Positions 51,951 to 64,000 of a stretch of 64,000 bases of DNA are shown here, in pieces. Numbering within the stretch: position 1 is the stretch's first letter; each line of letters begins with the position of its first letter. The notes beneath the pieces were generated by a model, which saw only the letters and a program-made list of their open reading frames with translations, ran no database searches and was not told the DNA's origin. Position numbers and translations under genes: made by a program. This DNA comes from Lama glama (taxonomy: Eukaryota). The stretch is taken from assembly GCA_028534125.1 (NCBI GenBank), contig CM052832.1, forward strand, positions 21,640,001 through 21,704,000, given 5' to 3'.

Positions 51951-54900
51951 CTATATATTAAATTGTGATGCTACAGTCTGTACACATAACAAACCATTAA
52001 AAAAAAAAAGATACACAATTTTCACCACTAGAAAATCAGTTGCTTCACATTCCCGCTCAGTAACTGTTGGACAATTACTTGAAAAATATACATTTTAAAG
52101 GAATCCTGAAATTATCAGGCTGCTCATGGTACCCACACATACCCCAACATTCTATGTAATTGTAAAGTGATCACTTTATCAGCCAAGGACGGCCAGCACT
52201 GATTGGCAAGTGGCTTAAGTACTACAAGTCATAATTTCTCTCTGCATAATTTCAAAGCTCTCACCAAACATGAATGAAATAGTTGGTTAAAGTTAAAATA
52301 AGTTTTGCAGAGACAGTCATTTCCCTTTTACATCAAATGCAGGCTGTTTACTTAGAAAAAGACAACAAGAATGGTTAGGGAAGAAGCATCTCAACTATCA
52401 ACAGTCAAATGAGACAGTGATAAATAATCATGTAAGGTTTTAATAAAAATTCACAGATTTAATCTTCTATTCAGCAAAGCTCCTATTAAAGAGAGCAGAT
52501 TTTATGGTGACTATTAAAGAAGGTGATGTAATTAAAGATATATTGTTTGTCCAAGTTTAAACTAGAAGACATCATTCTCAAGGGAAAAAAATCAATCATT
52601 TTCCTGGTTAACATTTTTAATAAATAACCATTATTCAGGCTTATTGGTTACCAAGACAAAGAGAAAACAGTAAAGCGAAAAAACACATTCCACCTTTAGG
52701 AAACCTAGGGTGTGATTCCCAGGGTATACTTCAAGTTCCAGAATTCTAGAGTTCAGGACCTATCTTCTCATCCAACATAGATCAAAAATTTGATTTTCCA
52801 CTTATCTTTGCTACTGTGATTTTAAAAAAAATCAATGAAAAAGTAATATTAATGCAAAATAGGTGTACTCCTATTGAATTATTAATAGGCAATACAACTG
52901 TAAACGTTTTTGTTCACCATTCTTCACTGCCCTTGCAAACAATTTCAAAATGGGAAGTGCTGAAGCATGAAGATTGTTTGCAGCCATTGCTTTCTGAAAT
53001 CACAGTGCTGGGAATTGGTGGAATTCTTGCTTCCTTGGGTTATTACCAGATATTGCGAACTTTCCTTGAAAGCACACTATAAATTTGCAAGGGGGTCCCT
53101 TGCCTTCAATCAAGGTAATGTTTAAAACGACCCCCATCTGCCATTTTAATGTATTCTTCTCAAAGACTGCCATACATATTTAATATAAGAAAGGCACTGT
53201 TTAAACATAATGAATAGCTTATGAAATTAAAGTTGGCTGACGGATTACACTGTGTACATAATACACTGTAAATAATGACAAAGAAAATATGAGCCACATT
53301 ACTAAACTTCTCTTGCTTCTCTTGACATTTCTTAAGGAATATGCAGAAGACATGTAGATATGAAGGTCAGTTTAATTGACATCAAATGGTGACTAACTCT
53401 ATAGAACCTTTCTATTCTTGACTCTCTATGTAAGATATTGATCATTTCCTCACTAAATGGATATCATACAGGTTTCTCCATTTCTCAAGAAGCCCAATTT
53501 AGCCTGCTAACTACTTTCAAGAAAGTTATAGAACTAGGGGGGATACTGTATTTCTGGACCCTAGTCTCTTGTATTCAAACAAGAATCAGTACCTAACATT
53601 AAATCTTTCTAAGGAAGATATTCAATATGTATTTATCAAATGAGTACATACAGTTATTACCAGATGCAATTATATACTGTATTCAGAATTTCTAAGAATA
53701 GGTTCTCCTTTTTCTTTCTGGTACTATTACAACCAACTGGCATATTTTCTACTCTCATTAATATCCATTTATTCTTACTCTCTGTTAACAGAAATGGAGA
53801 ACAGCTGGTGTCTCTTCTCCTTATAACTCCTAATCTCTTGGTTCTTCTGCTTAAATCAAACTATTTCAATTTCTTTTAATTTTTCTCAGAGGTCTCTTTT
53901 TCTAAACCATTTTCACTGAATTTCTCCACAGTGTAATAGAAGAATTATTTCTCAATACTTATTTAGTTTACCCCAAAGTAATGTTAACTCTTACAAGAAC
54001 AACATATCCTTGACATAATCCAAGAGTGCTGACCAGATGTCTGCAGCCTCTCCACCCCTCCTCCCTGCCAACTGCAGGGTTAGTGCCAAGCCTCAATTCT
54101 TTACAGAAACAATTTTACAGTCAACTTACTATACACCTGTTGATGTTTTGGACGAAATCTTCTACAGTTAATTTACATTCTTTTATTCTTTTGATGCCAC
54201 CAATTTCTCCCATCTTGATGTTATTCATCAATTCCTTCTGTATGTTTTTCATTCCATTTACTAAGTAAAGTGCAATATTGTTCCAGGCTAATGATATCAT
54301 CTGTAGAAAACCATCCTCAGGCTCTTAATAGAGCTGTACAGAACATCCTTCAATATGTATGAGGTCATTTTCCTAAAATTCTTATAGGAAAAATATACTG
54401 GAACTTGTCAAAATTTTCATTTATGTCTAGATAACATTAATTTCTTTCCACATTTTTAGATGAGCCATGACTCAATCTAAGAGAAATAAAATTGAATAAA
54501 AAGTATTCCTCAAAACATCATAGTACTTAGTAACCAATATCACTGGCTTGATATTTTGAATACTGGCTGAGGTTCTAGTATCTTCACAATTCTTATCATT
54601 TATATGATGTATGGATGTGTCTATTTAAAAGATAATTACTGGATATAATGGAATCTAAGACACCAACAATGTAAAACATATCCTTCTGTTATGTGTCAAT
54701 TATATATCAATAAAGCTGGAAGAAAAATAAAATGCACTTTATAAAATGTACTTGTAAGGGAAAAAAAACACAAAGTGCTTTCAAATAATTATAAAATTCC
54801 CTCAATTATAAGATGCATCTTCATTTAGACATAAAATGATATGTAAATGCATCCTCATCTAAAAATAAACATCATTGTACCCTAAAATTTACTGGAAAAG

Positions 54901-56689
54901 GTACTTCGGAATTTTGCTCTTGAAACATTATATTCTATAATAAGTACATCTCGGAATATCACTAAGTATTTATAATGTAAGCTAGAGAGTTAACTGTTTA
55001 ACATAACAAGTCAGTGTGTTACTAAACCAATTTTCTCTATTACAATTTTGAACATCTAAAATATCTAAGTTTATATATACATGCTTTTCCCCTCTAAATA
55101 TCTCTTAAGATCACTATGTTTTTTTGTAAGTTCTAGTCTGCCTTAATAAAACATTTCTGAGTCAAATGCCACCCCATCTAACAAATACTTCTGTGCTTAA
55201 TGCTTGACAAAAACCTTAAACATAAATTATGCTATTCATTCATTTTAATAAACCAGCTCAAATGGTATATAGATGCAGCTTAAATTACAAACCATTTGGT
55301 AAATGATGGAAATTTCTGTGCATTACTGAGACTCACTGAAACAACCTACTTTTTTAGTGAACAAAAGCTTCCAAAGTGAGAGTTATTGCTTGAATAGAGT
55401 CAAGCTACAAAATTCAACTCCTGTCTCTCTAGTCTCATCACAATCTTAAATTACATCTTATAAACTGCAGACCATCCTTCTGGATGAAAAAGCACGGGAT
55501 TGTTTGACTCAAACAAGTAAAGCCTAACACTGAGCGCAGGGAAACTGAGGATCCTTCAGTTTTCTCTCTCCTCTCTTCCACTATAGGAGCTGGCCTGTCA
55601 TTTTCCACAACACACCACATATACACACATGCTATTAGATGTTACTAGATGATTATGTAAGACGTACAGCCTTCATTTAGATTCTGTACCCTTTCCACGA
55701 CTCCTGTATTTTTAAGGTGAGATCACTGTTTTGTTACGTTCCTTCCTCCTCCCCATACAAACTTTCCAGCAATCGAGAATACTCAAGAGGGTAAAGAAAG
55801 AAAAACTTTAAAACCAGGATTTCTATATAGCCTAAAATTAAAAAAAATTTTTTTCCTTCTATGTCTGCATTTTGAATATGTGATTTGTTACGGCAGGTGA
55901 AGAAGACCATTTTTGGAGAAGAAAAAGATCCTTTGAATGTTGGCGGGGAAATGATTTATTTGAATACAAAGTGTGCTCCTCAAATAGCACAAGAAGACTG
56001 AAATACATCTGATACGATTTTTCTCTCTGCATTGGCTCAGAGTGCATGCCTTTACCACAAAACCAGTTTGATTTTTGTTCAAAAATCCTGCAAACCTTTA
56101 TTCAAAATACTCTACACTTTCAAGTCCACCAGTACTGGGATGTCTATCTGATGTACTTCATTCACAGTTACAGCGCACAAATGTATTAGGGCCTCTAAGG
56201 TAAGTTCATACAGGCCTGGCATCTCCCAGCATCAGAAAAAAAGTTGAGAAGTTTGACTTATTTTTCCTTCCTAGTACAAGAGAATAGTAGGGATATCTAT
56301 AACTGGGGAGAAGCTAGTCAGAAGGTTTCAAGGCACTTTCTTACTCATTTGCTGTTTTGGCCATGTGTGGAGAATGGAAACTGGAGAAAATGCAGCTCAA
56401 ATCTATGAGAAATTACTTCACCCATAGGGAGTGAAATGAAGTGATTCTTAGTAGTCATTGCCAGCTGTTAAAAGACAAATAGCCTGTGAAATCAAGCCGC
56501 AAAGTTGGTCCAGAGGTTAAGAACAACCATTCTCTGAAGATACAAGCAACGATGGGCCACAGGGCCATTCTATTTAAGATTCTGAGATCAGGTTTTAAGA
56601 TAAATAACAAGTCAAGATTCTTTAGAAAAGCACCTTAGTCTCCTTTTGTTTAATTTAAAATTACTCTCAAACATCAACTTAAAATATCC

Positions 56690-56860
56690 CTGGATAGCCG
56701 TGAGCAAGTAGAGTAATCTCTCTGAGCCTTATATTCTTGATAAGACAGGGGTAACAACTTGTCTTGCTGGGTATAGTGCAGCTCATACATCATTTATGTA
56801 AAATAAGTAAGACAGTGACTGCACTGGATCAGCACTAAATAAAGGAAGCTATTTTTATTA
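56690..56860 (+). mobile_element. MIR SINE fragment
   Basis: gtgagcaagtagagtaatctctctgagcctta..gcactaaataaa. Confidence 0.55.
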
Positions 56861-58981
56861 TTATCATTTTATTTTTTAGTAAGAAATTTTTAAGAAGGAA
56901 ACTTTCAGTCGCATACAGATGAAAGAGGATTTAACTAAGACAATCATCTGAATTTCAAGAAAAAGAGACACTTAGCAGTTTAGACCATATTATAAAGCAA
57001 CATTGCCTCCTGATTGCCTATTCTCCAATTAAGGGTCAATAATTCTATAAGGAGTAAGTGAAACTCTCAATATTAGGATAAATCTATTAAACTAAGAGTA
57101 TGTGTGTAACAGCTTCTTAAGTCTACAATTTCTGGAAGTGTATTTTCACTTTAAGTGCTTTCTTGGGCATATTTCTCACTAGTAATTGAAAAATCAGCAT
57201 CATTATTTGAAAACTAACCAAGTAAAGCGTGGATGGAAGTATGTATCTGAAAAACAAAAATAATTTTGGCTTTGTTACTTCTGTATATAGTAGACAACAA
57301 ACTTTATTCTTTGAAACTTTTTAAGACTTATAATCTTGGAAATATAATCAAGGGAGTCAGAATCAAAGAAAAGTATTGAAATCTAAAATTTTCTAAAAGC
57401 TGAGAAAAAAATTACACATATTTCAACCTGTCAATCAGGCATGAATCTAACATATTCCATTCACTTCACTAACTTTGATCTCCATGGTCATCTTGTCTTA
57501 GAGTTAGCTTTTCCTATGGTGGGCCCTCACCTTTATCTTGAACTCAGGCTTCCTTCCTCATTTTTGGCTTACCTTTCTAGGTCTAGACCTAAAAATGGTA
57601 TCATTCTTACAAATTCTGAGCCCAGACCCTGCCCTGTGCCTTCACCTGTCACTGAAACACGGCCAAGCTAAACTTAGTCTGGCACCTCAATAAGATGCTC
57701 AGAGTTCACTGAGAACTGATACCATTCAAGTTCTTCGTTGTAAGCAACAACAGCTGATTCTGAGTAATCACACAGAAAAAGAAGTTTACTAAAAGGAAAC
57801 TAAGAACAAGGCTCGATACTAGGCTTCCAGGAACAATGTACAACATAGCACAAAACAGATCTAACACGAATATCAGTGTTTCTCCCACACCGAGAATTCG
57901 ACCCCGCAAGCACTGCCACTCCCAAAAGCAGGCTGCCGCTACTGCCACCCTGGTTAGCAAAAACAGATCATAGGAGGAGCCTCTGTCCTCAAGGTGCTCA
58001 CTTCAGAATTCAGACTTGTTGCTGGAACCTAGGTCATGTTCCAGTGCTAGAGCAAAGGAGGTGAATTTTCTGAGCTCCTTCCTAGGGAGGTGGTTCTCCG
58101 AAGGCTGGAAACACCCTAGCTTATAGCCAAAGCGTTCAAAAGGCACTGAGCCGCTGGCAAACACAACTAATGCCAACTGTATGAGACTATAAACTGAAGA
58201 TCAAATCCACACCCGCATAAAGAAGGAAATGAACAGTATTCATCCCTTCAGCATCAAAATGAGATGTGTTTTAAAACAAATAATTAAATCATAAATATAG
58301 CAAACAAATATGATTTGGCTACAACAATATCTCCAACTATGATTTAAGTCCATTACAAATAATGAAGATGAAGATCTGTAGTGATCCTAACTGCCCAGCG
58401 CCAACATTTCCAATGGCTGTTAGTCACCCTCAGCCTTTTCCAAATTGTACATGCACAGCTGATGCTTTAGGCCCCTTACTGACATGTTGCACCTTAGTGA
58501 AGTCTGTTTCCTTTAATCCTCCCTTTCTTCTTTCCTTTCTCTTTTTACCTTTGGTAACTCAACAACTACGTTCACAAGAGTTTTTGCTGAGTTTTCACAG
58601 GAGACCACTCTCATCACTAAACATGTGTATTCAAGTGATATGCAATATGAACACTTCGTTCTGACCCACAAAGTGAAGGGTTCCAGGGTATGATATGCAC
58701 AACACTGCTACAGGCCACTACTAGAGGGTAGCAACATCCATGAAAACTAAGTGCTGGCGATGCTTTCTTACCTCAGGACCAACCGTGGATGGATAAACAC
58801 AACAAAGATGGGCTGATCCTTGCTTCTTAATGCTCCATAACATAGCATCATTTTATGGAGCTTCCCATATGCAAACTCTACTTGGGGGCAGGAATATATG
58901 TGAGTAAAGAGACTGACAAGCAAAAGTAAGAGAATTATCACCTCTAGGCTAAAGTCCTAACACAAACAATATACATTTACA

Positions 58982-59196
58982 TAGTGGGCCCTCGGTATCC
59001 ATGGGCTCTGCATCCGGGGAGTCAACCAACCACTGGCCAAAACCGACCTGTTGTTGGTTGAATCTGTGGATATGGAACTGTGGCTATGGAAGGCCAACTG
59101 TACAAGCCAATTTTATATAAGGGACTCGAGCATCTGCAGATTTTGGTGTCTGCAAGAGTCCTGGAACCAACCTGGGCAGCTAGGTGGGACAAGTGT
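58982..59196. mobile_element. MER2-like (TcMar-Tigger) MITE
   Basis: ccctcggtatccatgggctctgcatcc..ttttatataagggactcgagcatctgcagattttgg..gtcctggaaccaa. Confidence 0.85.
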
Positions 59197-59512
59197 ATAA
59201 GCCTTAAAAATGATTAGAAACACACACCCAAAACTTCACAGTACTTATATATAGGAAAAGTCACGGAATGAGCATGTGTTCTTCTTGTTTGTGGCTTTTT
59301 TTTTTTTTGAATGTGGAAGAATATGTGTTACAATTCTTCCATTTGGGGGAAATAGGCAGATTCACTTAGTATGGTCCCCCAAATCTAACCTACAATCATA
59401 TCTCCCAACAAAATTAAAGATTATTATGAATCTCATTTTCCTTTTAAAAATAATGTTTTAAAAAGTACTTTGCCATAGAAAGTTTTAAATCAGGTGAAGC
59501 TTATGATATTTT

Positions 59513-59555
59513 TTAATAATTGAAGTATAGTCAGTTTACAGTGTTGTGTCAATTT
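59513..59555 (-). mobile_element. Ultra-short (about 43 nt) L1 3'-terminal insertion
   Basis: ttgaagtatagtcagtttacagtgttgtgtcaattt flanked by TSD aagctt(a/g)tgatatttt at 59497-59512 and 59556-59571. Confidence 0.8.
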
Positions 59556-59594
59556 AAGCTTGTGATATTTTAATGGTATATTAAATCTCTTTTC

Positions 59595-60320
59595 AAAATG
59601 TGTGGTCAGGTACAAGGCAACCTCCTTCACCACTCTTTTTCAACTTCATGTTGGAAGTACTATCTAACGCAGTAAGACAACACAAGGAAATAAAAGAAAT
59701 ACTGATTGAGAAGGAAGAACTTAAACTATATTTATTTGCAGATGAGCATCCAAGAAGAAAATCTGAAAAGAACCGACAGAAAAACTCCTGGAAATAACAA
59801 GTGATCATAGCTAGGCTGCAGGATACAAGATTAATAAATAAAAGTCAATCATCTTCCTACATATGAGCAATGAACAAACAGAATTTGAAATTAAAACATA
59901 ATGCCATTTACATTAGCATCCCCTAAAAAATGAAATAAGCAGGTATAAATGTAACAAACTATGTGTAAGATCTGTATGAGGAAAAGTACAAAACTCCAAT
60001 AAATGAAATCAAAGAAAAATAAATAAATAGAGAGATAGTCTATGTTCATGAATATGAAGACTCAATATTGTCAAGATGTCAGTTCTTCCTAAATTGATCT
60101 ACAGATTCAATGTAATCCCAATTAAAATCCCAGCAAGCTATCACCAAACTGTCTAAAGTTTATATGAAGAGGCAGAAGACCCAGAGTGGCCAACACAATG
60201 CCGAAGAAGAAGAAGAACGAAGTTGGAAGACTGATGGTACTTAACTTCAAGACTTACTAAGAAGCTATAGCCATCAAGACAGGGTACTGGTGAAAGAGTA
60301 GGCAATCAGACAATAGAAAA
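59595..60320 (+). mobile_element. LINE-1 ORF2 fragment (RT to C-terminal region), disrupted
   Basis: [46 protein letters not shown]; aagactcaatattgtcaagatgtcagttcttcc. Confidence 0.9.
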
Positions 60321-60389
60321 AGTAGATTTGAGAACAAGGTAAATTACCAGGGAGTATGATACAGACAAAGAATCTGAAAAAAATACTCC

Positions 60390-60680
60390 CCCATAAATGA
60401 AAAGTTTAGCAAACTAGGAATAGAAGTAAATTTTCTTAACCTGACTTACAAGGCATATACAAAAAAAAAAAACTATAGGGTACATCATATTTAATGGGAA
60501 ACAACTGAATACTTTTCCACCTATGAGATTGTGAACAAGTCAAGGATGTTTTTTTCTCTCCATTTCTATTTAACATTTTACTGGTGGGACTAACTGGTAC
60601 AATAGAGGCAGAAAAAAGACACAAAGGGCATATATGTTAGCGAGAAGGAAGAAAAATGTATTTGCAGGCAACGCAATGGC
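60390..60680 (+). mobile_element. Older L1 ORF2 fragment
   Basis: agcaaactaggaatagaag..catcatatttaatggg..tatttgcaggcaac. Confidence 0.7.
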
Positions 60681-61010
60681 TGTTCTGGGCTGAACTGTGT
60701 CACTCTCAAAATCTACATGTTGAAACCCTAACCACCAGCACTTCAGAATACAATTATATTTGGAAACAGGGCCTTTAAAGAGGCAATTACATTAAAATGG
60801 AATCTTTAGGCTGGACCCCATCCAATATGACTAGTGTCCTTATAAAAGGAGGAAATTGAGACACACACAGAGACACCGGGGGCACACACACACAGAAAAG
60901 AGAAAGTGTGATCTGCAAGCGGAGGAGAAAGGCCCCAGAAGAAACCAAGGGTAATACCTTGATCTTGGGCTTCCAGCTTTCAGAATATAACTTCTGTTGG
61001 TTAAGACACA
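60681..61010 (+). mobile_element. MLT1B-like MaLR LTR
   Basis: tgttctgggctgaactgtgtc..tttggaaacagggcctttaaagagg..ccaatatgactagtgtccttataaaaggaggaaatt. Confidence 0.88.
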
Positions 61011-61699
61011 TACATATACAAAAAGAATTTTTAATTATGTGTTGTAAGAATATAACTATGAGCAATTACAGAACAAATGCACATCGTATTATAAACTTTT
61101 ACTCACTCATGAGTTTAATAAGTGTGTACCAAAGCCTACCACTTGAAAGGTATTTGATTGCATTGCTGTGTCAACTTCTACAAATTATTACTGGAAGTCC
61201 TTCCTTCAAAGGAAGATCTTACTAAGGGTAAACCTATGTCAGAACAAAAGTGTACCAAACGTGCAACAAAAACAGACACAATGGACTAAAGTGTTTAGAG
61301 TATTTCAGTGAAATATTCTATTCACTTATTAAAGCACAGCATGTCAAGCTTCTTCGTGCTTTGAATTTTTCAGGCCTAAAACGTAACTGTCCTTTTAAAT
61401 TACAATGGGTTCTAACTTAGTGAAAAATCTCATGAAAGCTCTCTATTTTCTCCATTGGAGGTGAGGTTTCAAATGCCTCAAATGCATTTGAGGTCCACAA
61501 CGAGGTCCCTACCCTCTGCATCTGATCTCCCTGTTTACTGTCTCCACATGTGATACTTTCATTAGTCTTCCTCCTCACTGCTTCACCGCCACCATGCTCA
61601 GTCCAGCTTTAGGCGTTACTGTTGTTATTTCTTCTGCCTCTATGCCCACCTATTTGTTATTTTCAGTGATTTTCGAATATCTGTAGATCTTTCTCTTCT

Positions 61700-62380
61700 T
61701 TTCCTTTCTTTTGAAACAACTTCTAGTTTAATTAATTTGACTCACACAGAAGTTGCTAAAATAGTTGTAACCCTTTACCAGATTCTTGGAACAATATCAA
61801 TTATCAAGACTAGGAAACTGACATTGTTCCCATTTGGTTAACCCAACTATAGGCCTTATTAGAGTCCACCAGTTTTTCCGTGAACTCACTTCTTATTTGG
61901 GCGGAGGGGGTGGTCTACAATTTTCATTCATGGAACCCCCACCACAACCAGCATACAGAACGGTTCCACCACCTCAGGAACACTCCCTTATGCTACCATC
62001 CCTTTACAGTCGTTACTCCTCCCACCCTGACTCCGGCAATCATTAATCTGTTCTCCATCTCTATAATTTTGTCATTTCAGGATAATTTATATAAGCTTAT
62101 ACAGTAAGTCATTCAGGGTCTTTTTTTTTTTTTAACATAATGTTATTGAGATCCAGTCAAGTTGCTGCATCTACCAATACCTTGGTCCTTTTTATTGCTG
62201 AGCAGTATTCCACTGTATGGAACACAGTTTATCCATTCATCTGCTGAAAGACAACTGAGTTGTTTCCATATGGGGTTATCACAAATAAAATCAACATTCA
62301 TTTATATGTTTTCATATAAACTTAAATTTTCATTTCTCTGGTGTAAATACCAAGAGTGGGACTATTGTGTCATACACTGC
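61700..62380 (-). mobile_element. Old L1 3' fragment(s)
   Basis: ctaggaaactgacattg..attaatctgttctccatctctataattttgtcatttc..tttttattgctgagcagtattccactgtatgg. Confidence 0.8.
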
Positions 62381-62381
62381 C

Positions 62382-62763
62382 TGTGATGGTTAATTTTTAC
62401 CTGTCATTTGTCTACCCTATAGTACAGTTGTTCAGATAAACACCAGTCTAGATGTTGTGTGAAAGTGTTTTTTAGATGTGATTAACATTTGTGAGTCTCT
62501 TCTAATCAGTTGAAGGCTTTAAGACAAAGGACTAGGGTTCCCAGAAGAGGATGGAATTTAAACAGCCTTTAGACTCAAGACTGCAACATTGCCTCCTGCT
62601 GGAATTTTCAGGCTGCCCTGCAGATTTCAGACTTGCCAGTCCCCAAAAGCATGTGAGCCAATTCCTTACATCAAACAATAACTCACTCACTCACTCACTC
62701 ACTCACTCAGTGTGTGTGAGTGTGTGTATATTTGGTTCTATTTCTCTAGAGAACTCTAATATA
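62382..62763 (+). mobile_element. MLT2-like ERVL LTR with an internal (ACTC)n tract
   Basis: tgtgatggttaattttt..caccagtctagatgttg..gctgccctgcagatttcagacttgccag..ttggttctatttctctagagaactctaatata. Confidence 0.88.
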
Positions 62764-63379
62764 GGACCCTAAGATTAGGAAATAGGCAGAGATGTCTGCT
62801 CTCATCACTTCTTTTAAAGTTTTCCCAATTTTTAAATCATGTATGATTTTCAAAATGTGAATCAATTTATAATAAATACATTATTTCAGATATTTACATA
62901 TTGGCTAGCCAAAGATTAAGAATTCAATAAAGATTCAGCAAATATGATGGGAAAACAACTTACTGTAAAGTCCATTCATATGTTAGCAAGTAAATTCTAC
63001 AAGCAGGAATAAAACAGACTACCCTACCTCCAATTTTACAACCACTATTATAAACTAAGCAAAAAATATCTTCAGGCATATTGTGTGAGTTTGGAGGTGA
63101 ACAATGCTTTAGATATACAAATACCATGTACATTTTGTAAAAGTGGTACCATAGCTATGAGAAAATCTTCACATTAAAAAGGTGGGAAAATTGAATACTA
63201 CTTCAAATGACTACTAAAGACCTTTTTAAGGGGCTATATGAAGCTACAGAAAACTATTATTATGTTCTGTGGTGGTAGTAGCAGAGTATTTTTAAAACCT
63301 GCTTTAAATAGTAGCATTTCAGAAAATAATACAGAACCAGACAGGTAGTGTTGATATCTCTGCCATTAAGACAGTCATC

Positions 63380-63665
63380 CAAAAATTCAACAGTAATTTC
63401 TACTGAGCATGTATTAAGTTCTAGGCTCTGGGATACAGTACTAAGAAAATATCCAGTCTAAACTCTCATGGAATCTACACTGGGCTGGAGCAGAGTGGAG
63501 AGAGAAAATGAACAAATATATAATAAGTCAGATCATGATAAATTCTTATGAATAAATGTAAATCTAGGTAAGACATTAAAAGATGGAGGTATGGGTGGTG
63601 GTGGGTGCTATTTTAGAGAGGACTCTCAGGGACAACTTCCCTGAGAAGGTGATGTTTGGGTGAAA
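63380..63665 (-). mobile_element. L2 fragment
   Basis: attcaacagtaatttctactgagcatg..ctaggctctgggatacag..ctctcatggaatctacact..cttccctgagaaggtgatgttt. Confidence 0.75.
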
Positions 63666-64000
63666 CACGGACCCTTTAAAATCAAGAGTGACCTCCCACA
63701 CGAGAAGACGGAAAGTGAGATCCTCAAAGGTTTCCCAGCAGTAAGGCTGATTCTTAGTTCCACTGCTTGACCACCTGGGCCTCCAACTCATACCCTGCTT
63801 TCTGGGCTGTCTGTTCTTCACAAGGTTTTACCTCTGACTTCACTCTTGACTACCTGCCTCATTCAGCTATTCCTAAATTAGAACACCAACCCCACTCCTC
63901 ATGGATCTAGAGTCCTCGCCAGGTGAGGAACTGAAGACCAGACCGACACACCACTTCCCTGACGAAGCTATTCACCAGCAGAAACTAAGAGATCAACTTT

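Larger units (their letters stand above)
29938..64000 (-). other. CDKAL1: CDKAL1 large upstream intron (partial; the previous exon lies outside the window)
   Basis: No further CDKAL1-like coding sequence recognised in 34 kb. CDKAL1 is known to have very long introns. Confidence 0.75.

Noticed and set aside
61476..61493. Perfect 18-nt palindrome CCTCAAATGCATTTGAGG
   Set aside because: One such palindrome in 64 kb is not far from chance expectation, and there is no supporting context
1..64000. CRISPR arrays, operons or other prokaryote-type systems
   Set aside because: There is no repeat-spacer periodicity or gene-dense region. The window is mammalian intronic DNA.

Overview
This is AT-rich mammalian genomic DNA, most likely from a camelid (alpaca, llama or camel), judging by tRNA-Ala-derived Vic-1-like SINEs and young L1 3' ends. 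The whole window appears to lie inside the CDKAL1 gene (tRNA-Lys ms2t6A37 methylthiotransferase, radical SAM family) on the minus strand. Only two coding exons are visible: 29937-29771 (167 nt) and 3382-3237 (146 nt). Both have canonical AG/GT boundaries and they splice in frame. The rest is intronic: L1 fragments of several ages, SINEs (Vic-1-like, MIR), L2, LTRs (MLT1, MLT2, MER34-like, short ERV solo LTRs), DNA transposon fossils (MER33, MER2-like), microsatellites and two N gaps (100 and 500 nt). I found no convincing novel biological system. The points worth a second look are nested or ultra-truncated retro-insertions with intact target-site duplications (TSDs), inverted young repeats flanking an exon, a candidate poison micro-exon, and several non-repetitive motif-dense blocks that may be enhancers. 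Repeat family names come from recalled consensus sequences, not from a search, and old-repeat boundaries are approximate.
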